Shown piece by piece: positions 25,619 to 38,084 of a DNA stretch of 43,648 nt. The stretch is from Octopus bimaculoides (taxonomy: Eukaryota): contig NC_068982.1 of the NCBI RefSeq assembly GCF_001194135.2, forward strand, positions 166,565,620 through 166,609,267, given 5' to 3'. Position 1 is the first letter of the stretch; each line of letters opens with the position of its first letter. The notes below the pieces were generated by a model that ran no database searches, was not told where the DNA came from, and saw only the letters and a list, made by a program, of their open reading frames with translations. Made by a program: the position numbers and the translations under genes.

Positions 25619-26595
25619 AAAAGGCAATCATTACACCCAACTTCATGTGGATGTTTTGTTAGAACAATAAATACTGCATTATTTACCTACAGAGGACCTC
25701 TCATATGCACACATGGGACATAAAAGCAGTCCTGTTTATATTGTTGGCAGATGCGAATCATCTGCTAAGGGCACCAGAACTGCCAGATCATGTAATTTTG
25801 ACCTACCTGGTCTCTTCAGTGGCAGTCATCCAGTAGCTGCATAACAACTAAATCTCAATGTCAATGATATATAAAACTGTTGTGTCGTTTCAGGCACTGA
25901 TGTTACAAACAGCCAGCAAGCTTATTAAAAAATAATTAATAGTAACAGATGCAGTATTAATACCAAAAGGCAATCTTTGTATCCAACTTAACATGGATGT
26001 TTTGTTAGAACACTGAAAACTGCATTATTTCCCATGCGAGGACCTCTCATATGGATGCATGGTGCATAAGAGCAGTCTTTTTTTTAGAAATAATACATTT
26101 CTAAATCTCTCAGAGAGATTTATGAAGTAGTGATACGATGAAGTAGTTGTATGCTGTCAACTTAATGTGACAGTCCCCTGAAGGGAATAATACTGCTGTT
26201 GGTCAGACCTAGGAAGCTGCACCGCTTCCTGTCGGCCTCGACACATTTCCTGTGTCCTTATGTTTACAAGGGGGAGACAAGACTCAGAAACATGTCTCTG
26301 GATGTAGGCTTAGCTGGGTGGAGGTGCTTGTCTCCCCCTTGTAAACATAAGGACACAGGAAATGTGTCAAGGCCGACAGGAAGCGGTGCAGCTTCCTAGG
26401 TTTAACCAACAGTAGTATTATTCCCTTCAGGAGACTGTCACATTAAGTTGACAGCATACAACTACTTCAAAAGGAGTCTTATTTATATTGTTGGCAGATG
26501 AGAATCATCTGCTACAGGAACTAGAACTGCCAAGTTACATGATTTTGTCTTTCTTTTCTCACCCGCTTTCCCTGGTTCTCTTTCAGTCAGCAAGC
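25619..26595. repeat. Local tandem duplication (period 346 bp); second copy interrupted by a 395-bp insertion
   Basis: Copy 1 starts AAAAGGCAATC at 25619 and copy 2 at 25965. They are collinear through GAGGACCTCTCATATG, and homology resumes at 26481 (TTTATATTGTTGGCAGATG). Confidence 0.9.
26139..26469. repeat. Fold-back: 143-bp inverted arms (26139-26281, 26327-26469) with a 45-nt spacer
   Basis: Hand alignment gives 138/143 identity with no indels. Confidence 0.97.
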
Positions 26596-26679
26596 ATTTT
26601 TCCTGTTCAATCTCTTGGTCACATTTACTTTGAAGAGACAGTGACAATATAGAGAAAAGAGGATATTAGTTTTCCAAGT

Positions 26680-27010
26680 GACAAAGCAACCTCTCAAGTG
26701 CCGGAGTCATGATAAACTGCATTCTATATACACGATAATGTGGTTGGTGAGCAGAGACAATGTTAGAAAGAGAAGACTCTTCAGTTTTTGCTGAGGACAT
26801 GGCAGCTTCTCTGGTGATGTGATAAAATACTCTCAGTACACTCTGTAAAGTTGCAGGCACTAGGAAAAAGTATCCTAAAAAGCATGACAAAATGGAATCT
26901 ACAAGTGAGACGTGGTCCTCAGACTCATCCAGGAGGGCAATAACTCCATATAAGAACTGACTCAGACAACCAGTCCAACCTATGCCAGCATGAAAAATGG
27001 ACATAAAGTG
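26680..27010 (+). mobile_element. Very old RTE LINE 3' fragment
   Basis: RRLF..LCKVAGTRKKYPKK resembles the RTE C-terminus. It is followed by CCAACCTATGCCAGCATGAAAAATGGACATAAA, the RTE tail motif. Confidence 0.5.
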
Positions 27011-27934
27011 ATATTGCTGTTAACCAGAGAGAAATATTATGTAGAAATATTAGGAAGTAGTTCAGAAGAAATCAAAGCATGAAATAGTCATAAATTTTAA
27101 AATAATTATACAAGAGAAATTCTACCGGAAAGAAAGAACTAATGTACATTGCTTTCAGACACTGGACAGACAAATTATACAACATTGTTAGAATACCAAT
27201 CCTTCACTAGTCTTAAGTCCTATCTATTGACAGACCTGATCCATTAATCTCCTTAACAAGTCAAAGAAAAATATGCAACATGCCTGTGTCAATCACATGC
27301 TGTATTATTTAATGGTCTCCGGCCAGGCTGGTGTGTCATCTTCAAGTCAATTAGTAGTTATTGCAGTCTGGTATTTTTTTTTTATCATTCTCTAGTGAAT
27401 GGTTAAGTTATCCTCAGACATAAACACAACTCAACACACCATTTTCACTTATATGGTATGCACAAACATATACATTATTTTTATACACACACACACACAC
27501 GACAGGCTCCTGCACACTTTCTTTCTGTTAAATTCTACTCTGAAACATTGGTCAACCCAAATTTACAGCAGAACACATGTGTCCAAGGTACCACGCACTG
27601 GCAATATATGACAGAAATCTTTATCATTGTTCTTCAGTTATTTGTTTCTTTTTAAGTTAAATGTAGAAACATGCATATTTTAATGAATTATACAGCATTC
27701 AAAAATAATTATAGAATACATTAGTGATTAAAATGAAGTTAGTAATTTGTTGCAAACACTAATCAGACATGGCCACACAATTAAGATTAACTAGAAAACA
27801 AAATGATACCCCATCTAGCAGGTAGTGAACTATACAGGTCATTATACATCAGGGTGCAAGATCTCTAATAGATTTATATATATAAGGCAAATAAGTAAAT
27901 GGGAATGAATTATGTAAAATATTAATGTGTAGTT

Positions 27935-28060
27935 ATAATTTCACTTCACAATCACATAGTATTAAGTTCAGTCCCATTGTGTGACACCTTGAGCAAGTGT
28001 CTTTGGTTATTGCTTCAGATTGAGTGATGCCTTATTAGTGGAATCAGTAGGTGGAAACTG

Positions 28061-28127
<67 letters not shown>

Positions 28128-28130
28128 TGT
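27935..28130 (+). mobile_element. SINE family C ending in (GT)n
   Basis: GTTCAGTCCCATTGTGTGACACCTTGAGCAAGTGTCTT..GGAAACTG, then (GT)n at 28063-28122. Confidence 0.7.
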
Positions 28131-29959
28131 ATTTAAGTCCAAGCTGTCAGTACTGTTTTTTGCATGAGATTGTTTGAGTGTAAAAAATATACGGTGTTGT
28201 CTTGTTTAGATTCCTGGGGACAATAATGTCTCATTAGCTCTGCATACTTGAGCCACACTTGCAAAACAAAAAAAAAAGGGTTGTCAATGACAAGAGCATT
28301 CTGCCTTAAAAACTCTGTTTCAAACAAGTACCCATCCAACCAACACCAGCCTAGAAAAATATACATAAAATGAATAGTGTGTGTGTGCGTACACATGCAC
28401 ATAAATAAGCATATCGTGCATGTAGATGTATGGATGCATACACACAATTTACACAATGGAAATAAATTTACTATTACAATAAATTCTAAATTCTCTATAA
28501 GATATATCAATTTAATATTTACTAATAAAATTATCAACTAGAACATTTAATTAACATTAAAAAAACAAAACTGAAAGGAAAGAGAAACTATATTCAAGAC
28601 ATTGATTTAATTCCAAGATGATATATTTCTAAACAAGTCTTATCTCTTCAAAGATAAGCTTGATAACCATTCCACATATAACCTATCAAAATTCCAAGCA
28701 GAAGTAATTTAGAATAAACACACAGTGTCATAAGTTCATCAGCTGTACTATAATACCTAAATAACTTCAACAGTAATGAACTGAATGCTATGAACTTTCC
28801 AGATGACTTACTGGAAGTAGTAAGCTAGTTCTATAAATATAACAATATTAATGGACATATATAAAACACATACACAATTAGACAGCTTCTAGTTTGTAGT
28901 TGTTTATGGCCTTAGCTGAAGATGCATCAAATTTCTTATCAATCATATTGGTTTTCTTGAACCAATCAATTTTGATTGGCTTACGGGTAAAGATCATCAA
29001 TTTGTGGAAATTTTCAGCAGCTTCACTGAAAAGAGTGAAGCATTTATGCAACACAGGAAGTAACAAGTCAGCAATTAACAAACCCTGTTGCCTGGCTGAA
29101 GAAAAAAGATTGTAGTGTCAGAAGTCATTTCCAGCAGTAGGATGAATATTTTAGATCCCTTTGAATGGTTCTTGTCATTTGACATGCAACAAGGTGCTGT
29201 CCTGTCATGGTTCATTCTTTCCAACCATTGGGCTACATAGAGATGAAGCTCAAAAAAGACCATATGAAAATGCAAACACTAAAAGGAAAATATCTTACAA
29301 AAGAGACAATTAAAGAAATTTTTTTTAAAAATAAGCTTTTACAAGAAATCACTAGAAATGTATCCCTTATAAAAATACATCATATCTTGTCAAAGATTAG
29401 ATATAAGTAGGTTAAACAGAGAAAAAGCGAAAAAATAGGTGAATGCTGGCTTCAAAATTTGAGACCTTATCTATATATATATATTTTTTTTTATGGCAGA
29501 GTTTGATTACATCTGAATAAACATCAGAGAATATACTGGAAGAAATTCTATGTGAAATCAGTTCATCTCTACTCACCATCAACAGTTTCTATCTTATACC
29601 CATTAAACTATCTTTGCTGTGACTCTTCTAACTTTGATATTGCACATGAAACAAGTTATTTCTAACATGCAATTATCCCCAATCAGAGGATTCAGCAATT
29701 AAATTTCCCATATTTCAAAAAACCCAACATATAAATCAATTTTGCAATCAAACAATAAACAATGCGAAAAAAAAAAAAAAAAAAATGAAAGAAAGGAAGA
29801 AAGTAGTTTTGAAACAACTGTACTAAAAACTCAAAATTACAAGCTGCATTAGGATTGCTCACAAAAAAAGAAATATATATATCATCAACATTATCATCAG
29901 CATCATCATGGTTACCATTACCATGGTATTTTTATTAACATCAAAAATTCATACTGGCA

Positions 29960-30125
29960 TGAAATGGCCATAAGTGTAGTGATAAATAAGAACTTCACAC
30001 TGCAATCATATGATTTAAGTTTGATCTCACTGCATATCTTCAGTAAGTGTCTTCTACCATAACCTCAAGTCAATAAAAATCTTTTGAGTGAAATTTGGTA
30101 CACAAAAACTGTGAGAAAACCTATT
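29960..30125 (+). mobile_element. SINE family C, decayed
   Basis: Collinear with 27935-28060 (CAGTAAGTGTCTTCTACCAT..GAGTGAAATTTGGTA..AAAACTG). Confidence 0.6.
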
Positions 30126-31826
30126 GGATGGACTCAGTTCATGGGTGGCAACATTCATTGTTGTGTTTAATACCACCATCTAGTTTGTAGGTAAGTCATT
30201 CAGGCCAGGTATCCAATCTGCTCATAGGTGTTGTCTTTTTCCCTCTGAATATGCTCAAGAAAACATATATGAAGAATATAATGTTTTATTCTGTTATTTT
30301 CTTTTCTTTTTATTCAGATCTAATAACTTCAATCTATTTTCAACTTATTATCCTTTTTTAAGAGCTCAGAATACTAATTTAGTTAGTCCTCTATTCATAA
30401 ACATTTGAAAATCAGAAGAGGCAATAGCAAACATGCTTCAGTACATTACTAATGTTTTATTAAATCCCAGAGTAATTAATGAGCGCATATATGTGAGTCA
30501 ATAGCATACCAGGCAACCAAACAAGCAGCTGGCATTTAACATCTTACCACTAGGCAACATTATGTCTGTGGTCAAGAGTCCAGTCAATTTAGTTGGAAAT
30601 AAGTACTACAGGGCATGAGCAACTCACTCTTCAAATAGCAGTAGCACTGAAGAATGCCACATATTTTGTTACTTTGCAATCCAACTGCTTGTATGGGTAT
30701 AACTTAGAGGATAAGGCTCCACCAAGCTGACATGCTCCAGATGCACTTCATAAAGATAAAGTATTCAGGTGTATGCTATGACCTAGTGGTTTTAAAAAAT
30801 CAGCTCAGAGATGCCCCTCTTAGTATGTAGTGTTTCTACATTAGTATTTGATGGAAGGGTTTGTTTTATATAATCTTTGTATTAATTACAATTCTGGATC
30901 CTTGCATCACAAAGTCTCCATGTTTGAACAATAACTCACCAGGTTTTTAAAAGCAGCAATTTTACCTCTGCTACTGACCACAACAAACTCAACACATTTA
31001 CTCAGTAAGCATCAGTCATTCAAATTACATATCTGTATATGTGTAATCAGTTCTGCATAGATATGCCACCTAATTTTGACGCCCAATACCATTCTCCACC
31101 CACTTATCATCAACTCTTAAAGAATCAATTATTGTACATACAATGTGCCACTTTCAAATTCATTATTTTTCAATTACTACAAAAAATTCAATATTGACTG
31201 TAAAATTTCTTACATAATATCATACTGTATTGAAACAAGATATTCTAAGTTCATAATTTCAAACATAAATCCTACATTTAACCAAATGTTAAGGTGAGGA
31301 ACAAACTCTGCAGTTAAGGGCCAAGATTTTATTAGTAGGAACACAGTACAAGTCATTCAAAAGATCCCATCTCCAGTATGTGACAGTACTATTAATAATT
31401 AAAATGTTTAATTAATTGTTTGTGAACTGTGTCAGTTGCCTGAGAATTTAACTGAATGAGAAAATCAGAGAAATGACATTTACAATTATAAAAAGAAAAG
31501 AAGAAAAAAAAAACAGGACTTTCCACTGTAATTAACTGTTTATCTTTATTTTTCAGAGCTATGTAGTGTATTATGATATATATATGTTCATGAAGTAATA
31601 ATACTTCATCTAATAAGATCATATAATATTGTAGTAGTAACTTAGAGTGCATAATTTCTCACGGAATTCTAAAGGAGTGTAATATTTATTACTTTGGCAC
31701 ACTCTCACTTTTCTTTCTTTTCCTTTCTCTTACTCAGTATTATGGCTGGATGCCTGTCACCAACCACTGTAACTTAATTCCACTTTATAGTATAGGACAA
31801 AATGATATAAATATTTATGAACTCTA

Positions 31827-32098
31827 GTTTAGTTAAAATATGTCTGTGACAGATCTTAACTTCTAAAGACAAATTCACTGCAGTTGCCATGGAGCAAAAA
31901 TTCTCTCATAGTAAAAGGTGCAAAGGCACCACATCTGCCCAGTGCTTCCCTCTATTGGATTCCCAAATGGCTGTTTCTGGCTCTTTAGCCTTCCTCAATG
32001 AGAGGTGTTTTTACACCTTTTACCATAAGATAGAATTTTTTCTTCATGGTAACTGCCTTTAGAAGTTAAAATATGTTACAAACATATCTTAACTAAAC
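31827..32098. mobile_element. MITE-like fold-back: ~100-bp imperfect TIRs (31827-31930, 32004-32098) flanked by TA
   Basis: GTTTAGTTAAAATATGTCTGTGAC..CTTCTAAAG..GCAGTTGCCATG..GTAAAAGGTG pairs with the right arm, with an 11-nt gap. TA at 31825-31826 and 32099-32100. Confidence 0.7.
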
Positions 32099-33170
32099 TA
32101 AAGTTTGTTTATTCCTAATCACTGCTTGGCACTGACGCTGTTATATAAATAGTTACATATCACAAGTAATATTTTCAGATGATCAAGTACCTGTTTCAGA
32201 CACCAAAGTGAACTAAAGCAATGCAGAATAAAGTGATCTTGTAAAGACAATTTGGGGATGTTACCCAAAAAGACTGACATCACAAAGGAAAGGAGAAATT
32301 TATCTGAAAGATAAAGACAAATTTCACATGCAGGCACATGTAGATCAAGATTAAACCAACTGTATCCATATACATTTTGAAGGGTCTAAGAACTGTTAAC
32401 ATTTTTACAACTACCATATGTTCACTTTTGAACTATTGTTTAGAGAAAGGGACCTTAATGGGTTAGGGATCAGTGCTTGAAGTTTATTAAATTATATATA
32501 TCTTCTATTTCAAATGATTTTTTTTTTAAATAACAATTTATTATGAATTAATTGTTAATACTACTGCTATTGTTATTATTGGGACTCCATTTTTTTCATT
32601 GTATATATTTTTATAACATGAGAATGAAGAGAATGTAAGTGAATTCTGTTGGATTTTTTTTTTCTTTTTTGCAAACAGCTTTATTTTGATTCTCTAATTA
32701 TAAATCATTAAAAACAGGGCCCTGTATTGTTCTTAAATGTTTCATCACAAAACTAAAAACATAATGTTGAACAACTTTTTAAAATTAATTCTTTTGCCCA
32801 ACAATGGAATTTTATCATGTGGAAACAGAGCTTAGTGATGGTTCTACAGTAAAGAAGATGAAACCATCTTTTATGAGAAACAAAAAAAAAAAAGATGGTG
32901 TTATTTAAAATTCTGTAAAAAAATCTATATCTCAATAGACACAGAAAAGTATATATATTCTCTAAAAAGTTCAGCCTTGTCTTGTCAAGCACAAAGAAAA
33001 AAAAAACAGGATTATAACACAAATTAGTCATAAGAATTATACAAATGAAAACTTCTAAGTCGTTACTAAATAGTTGTCTTTCGTTTTCTTCTCATAATAA
33101 AAATGACTTACTTAGAAACAGAACTTTTTTTTTTATAATGGGAAATGAATTGGTGAATTGAATTATTGTA

Positions 33171-34135
33171 CAAAATCTGCCCAAAAAGAAACCAGATATT
33201 TTAAAAACTAAAGTTAATGTTTAATTTACAATTAAATCAGATTTGTCTTCTTCAAAATGGTTTCTTCCACTGTTGACACATGGATCCTAATGTTTGTTTT
33301 GGAATGACTCCTGGAATACATTTTCAGAAGCAGTGTGCAGTTCCTAGAGTAAATTTTCTTTGATCTGCTGTCTAAATCGGTGACCTTTCAGGGCAGATTT
33401 CAACTTCAGAACCAGAAACAAATCCACAGAGGTCAGATCTGGACAGTATGGCAGCTAAAGGATAAGTGTAATCTAATGCTTTACTAAATAGTCATGAATA
33501 AGGAATGACACATGAACAGGTGCATTATCATGGTGTAGCATCCAGGTTTTGACAGTCCTTGTCTTACCTCTCTTCCTTAGTCTTTCTCAAACACCTCAAG
33601 GGTGAACAACATATGCCAATCAAAAATGGAAAAAAATAGGCACCACCACCTTCACATTTGACTGATACTGAATACTTTTTTAGGCTGTGGCAAGCATGAT
33701 TCAAACCATAATGACAATTGTTTTTGATTTTAATAACATAGCTATACACCAACATTTTGTTACCTGTTATGACAGTTTTCAAGAAGTTTTCAACAGCATT
33801 TGAATGATCAAACAACTCCTGACTGACTGTGACTCATTTATTGTTGTATTCACAAATTTTGTGACAGCATGATGCAACTTCAATTTGTCCTTTAAATCTA
33901 TAAGTTGTGAATTTTTTTCAGATGCCAATTATTTTGGAATTTTCATTCAAAGAGTGTCAAGTAATGATTTCCATGGATAGATCACAACACAATTTCAAAA
34001 TGTAATCATAGTCCACTGTCATAGAAGGTTGTCCAAATTTGGGATTGACTTTGGTGGGTATTCCTCCCAATTTGAAACATTGCTACCACTCAGCACATTG
34101 TTCAAACAATCTAGCCCATAAGCTTACTACAACAG
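33171..34135 (-). mobile_element. Second, more decayed mariner (different subfamily); 5' end missing
   Basis: Minus strand FLKTVITG.., HHDNAP-like HDNAPVH, PYCPDLTSVDLFLVLKLKSALKGHRF. TIR-like CAAAATCTGCCCAAAAAGAAACCAGAT after TA 33169-33170. Confidence 0.85.
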
Positions 34136-34145
34136 TAGAAAATTC

Positions 34146-34465
34146 ATCATCATTATCATTTAACGTCCATTTTCCATGCTGGCATGGGTTGGACAGTTTG
34201 ACAGGAGCTGGCTAGGCAGAAGACTGCACCAGGCTTCACTGCATGTTTTGGTATGGTTTTTATGGCTGGATGCCCTTCCCAATGCCAATTACTCCACAGA
34301 GTGGACTGAGTGCTTTTTATGTGGCACCAGCACTGGTGAGGTCTATTTTGGCATGTTTTTGCAGCTGGGTACCCTTCCAAATGCTTACCATTTTACAGTG
34401 TGGACTGGATGTTTTTACATGGCACCAGCACTGGTGGGGTCACCAAGTAACTTGCAAGACTTGGT
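34146..34465 (-). mobile_element. RTE LINE 3' UTR/tail copy
   Basis: (CAT)n TTAACGTCCATTTTCCATGCTGGCATGGGTTGGAC..GGATGCCCTTCC; a ~70-bp unit is duplicated. Confidence 0.85.
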
Positions 34466-34769
34466 GACCCCACCCAAAAATTTCAGAATTTGAAACATAG
34501 CATCATTGAAACATGTTTCTCTTCCAAATTCTTTATTATCTAATTTGCAACAAATCGCCAAGTGCATTATACATATGTTCATACTAGCACACATAGTTCC
34601 ATAGCAAACCGACATTGCATGGTGTGGGTCACCCATTCACAGCACTGCTATCACAAGCATACTACACCAAAGTTTATCTTGGTAGGAACTGAACTCAAAA
34701 TACAAAGAAATTCCACAAGAAAGTCTATCCAATGCCCTAACAATTCTGTTTAACCACTATCCTTCAATA

Positions 34770-35185
34770 ATTATAATAACAATTGTTTCAAATTTAGGCA
34801 CAAAGACAGCAATTTTTGAGGAGACAATAACAGTTGATTACATTGATCCCAGTACTAAACTAGCACTTTATTTTTTTTAACCCCAGAAGAATGAAAGGCA
34901 AAGTTAACCTTCATGGAATTTGAACTCAGAATACAAAAAGCTGGAACTTATACTGAAAAACATTTTTATATGACTAACAATTCTGGCAATCCACCATTCT
35001 AATAATAATTTCCAACATAGGTACAAATCCTCAAATTTAGAGATAAGGGTACAGTCAAACCGATCCTATTACATGAGTAATGCCTTATTTTGATGACCCC
35101 AAAAAATGAAGATAAAGCTGTACTTTATGCAATCTTAACTCAAAATGTAAAAACACATAATTAAATACTGCAAAGCATTTGCAGA
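34770..35185 (-). mobile_element. Two adjacent SINE family A copies
   Basis: AATGAAAGGCAAAGTTAACC..TTTGAACTCAGA at ~34890-34930, and a weaker second copy at ~35095-35150. Confidence 0.65.
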
Positions 35186-36869
35186 TGAGAGTAGTGGTGT
35201 TATCTTCATATGCACCATATTAGTTTTGTGAGAGAGGACAGAAGTTGTAGAGTTAAATAACTCAACTCCAATATGGTACTGGCATTTATCTTCTTGACCA
35301 TGATGGAAGTGATGGAATATGTTTCAATGTGTTGTATTTTTTTCTAGCGACCTCTAAAAAAAAGAAAGCAAAGGCACATTTTATTTGAGATTATACCAAG
35401 TCTACAAAACTTTAAATAATTTTCTTTAGTAAAATGAATGTTGCCCTCTATTCAAAGTTGTCAAATATCCAAGCATACAGAGTAATCATCTTGCAGATTG
35501 TTTTACATTCAGAGAACTACATGGGAAAACTTAAACCAGTTTTTCAATTGACAGATGGCCAATATTAAAGATCTCTGCAGAGTCACTGGAGAACCAGCTA
35601 AGCAGCTGACATGTCAGTGGTTCATGTTCTGGCAACATCCAGGCAGAGTGCTCCTAGCAAAAACAACATTCAGAAACTGAATCATAAAAATACTTCATTT
35701 GCTTGCTCAGAACTTTTTAAGGACATTTGCTCAACCTGTGTACTTTCTGTTCCTTTTCTTTTTTTACGTTATTGGGCCCATACTATCATACTAAACAATT
35801 TCTTGACCTTTCCACCTCAAAACTGCAACACTTAGAAGCTCTCACAATCCTCACATTTTTCCCAACATACATCTATGTGAACAAGTTTAAGCTGGATATA
35901 TACTACCTGGACTTTTACAACAACAACAGTAATAGACTAGTATTCTAAACAGGGAAAATACTGTCTCTAAACTTTCTAATGCATGAAACACTGGGAAATA
36001 AGCTCCAGTGCACAGCAGTAGTTTCTGGCAACAGTAAGTAAGAAAAAGAAAGAATGCAACAATGAAGAAATTGTAACACTTCCAGAAAATTTTCAGATAA
36101 CCATTTCCTGGTCAGACTAATTTCAGTGTATCTGATGTCAGCCAAGACAGCAATAGATAATTTAAAGTAACAGAAACAAATAAAATGTTTTCTTAAAAAA
36201 TGTTGAAAACAGCAAACCCTAATGCAGACAGGAGCAGTTCTCCTTTGAGACAGAGTGTCCCATCAATATCACAAGATGTTTTTTAGTATGGATTGTCATC
36301 AAGATGTCTTCGTGAATTTCTTGAGTACAGAAATGAATGGGAAATGTGTTAGCTAAGTAGTTAGTAAAGACTGCTAAACTACACACACACACATACACAC
36401 ACATGAACACATACACACACACACATGCATATACACATACATATGCACATTCTCAAAGTTCAGCTCTCTCTTAATGACTCAAATCAGGATAAATTAATAA
36501 AAAAAACATGACATGAAAATTAACTATATTATCTGAAATAGTTCTTTATCCCACCCATAGATCGTCATCAACAACAACAAAAATGGTGGCAGAAGCAGAG
36601 AGTTCTGTGTTCACTTTACTCTCAACTTCTCTTTGCAAACAAAATATGCCTGAATTATCTAAATATCCAGTATCTAAAAAGTAATACACATTTTCTAAGC
36701 CACTTTGTCAATTAACAACAAAAAAAGATTTATAATCACACACACACACACACACACACATATAATAAAATGGAAGATGTGTGTGTGTACAGGCCTTTTT
36801 CTTGATCCCCCTTAAAATAAATATTTTTCATCCATTTTTGTTCATGCTGGCAACATACATCACTTATGT

Positions 36870-37625
36870 TCCAGAGATGGTCACAGATTCTTCAAATTTT
36901 CCACATGAGTAATGCTGCCCCAAGGGGACGAAAACACATTCTTATAGGTAAATAACAAATACCAACAGTCATTGCTTCAAGGTTCATTACTCTTAACGAT
37001 GTAGTTATGCTTCTCTCACTACGTCACCTACTATAGTTTTTACAATGTCCATTCACTGCAAACCGCAGATATTTGCATATTAGCACTTCCTTGAGGCAGC
37101 CATGCAATTTATATCAACATTCAATTTTTTAAATGCCTTCAGAAATTAATCCATATTATATATATTCTCTGCTTTTACTCATACGAAGTTGTGACAGTTA
37201 TACAGTTTTTACAATCCCCATTTAATGCAAACTACCAATATTTGCACATTAGCAAAGGGATGTTCTTACACCTACAAATGCAGCTGTCACCATTCTTAAC
37301 TACAACTTACTTAGTAAGCTACCTTCTTAAGAATGCTGTTACAGATCAGTTGACACTGTTACCGACCTCAATCAGGTTACACTTTCCAACAGAATTTCTC
37401 AACTCTCAACATCTTCCAGGACTCCCTCCTCATGAACTTCACTTAAAAGTCTCAATTGCTCTGTCATCCTCCTATGCAATTTAAATGCATCTACACTGAG
37501 CAATGGAACTCACCTTGTAGTCAAACAAATGATGGACCACGTTGATGAAGTCCAAATTATCACGGGACATGGTAAAAATGATAATGTTTTTGTTCCAAAA
37601 ATTCTGCTAACCCCTACCATATGCA
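36870..37625 (+). mobile_element. Helitron PIF1-like helicase remnant
   Basis: HFPTEFLNSQHLPGLPPHELHLKV and LSNGTHLVVKQMMDHVDEVQIITGHGKNDNVFVPKILLTPT match Helitron helicase motifs (FLNS..PxGLPPHxLxLK; CNGTRL). Frameshifts and stops. Confidence 0.85.
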
Positions 37626-37705
37626 GAGACTGACCAGTCCTTCAGGTGGTTGGCTGTCAAACAGTCCAACCCATGCCAGTATGGAAAACAGATGTTAAAT
37701 GATTA
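37626..37705 (+). mobile_element. Short RTE tail
   Basis: GTCCAACCCATGCCAGTATGGAAAACAGATGTTAAATGAT. Confidence 0.75.
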
Positions 37706-37876
37706 TATATATATGCAGCTTCTATGGTGAAGTATGCATTGAAATTTCTGTAACTTGTAGACCAGTACATGCATGTCTGTGTGTGTGAATGTATTTACAA
37801 GTATGAAGTTACACACATTATGGTAAAGTTTCTGATTTCATACAAGCATACTATGATTTTCAAACACATACACACA

Positions 37877-37916
<40 letters not shown>

Positions 37917-38084
37917 AGAAATATATAAGAGTTACAGAATGGAGTAGATAAGATCTGGGCTACATATTTTTCATAGTGAGCAAAACCTCAGAAGTGGCAA
38001 ATATCCACATGAGGTGTACACCACAGGCTACTCTTCAGACAAAGGATATCTTTATTAAATGAAAGTTTACATTATCACAAGGAG

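Noticed and set aside
30545-30570. ATG TTG CCT AGT G|GTAAGA as a possible DOCK first exon
   Set aside because: Lacks the conserved W..KYGV N-terminus and lies in repeat-like sequence. Similar candidates near 18262 and 34660 fail on frame or phase.
32191-32303. Minus-strand cryptic exon with good splice signals (113 nt)
   Set aside because: Phase 1 in and phase 0 out would hit a stop at once in exon 2. No homology. It could only be a poison exon, with no evidence for that.
35545-36145. Several 66-74-aa ORFs and exon-like signals
   Set aside because: No recognisable protein, weak or unpaired splice sites.
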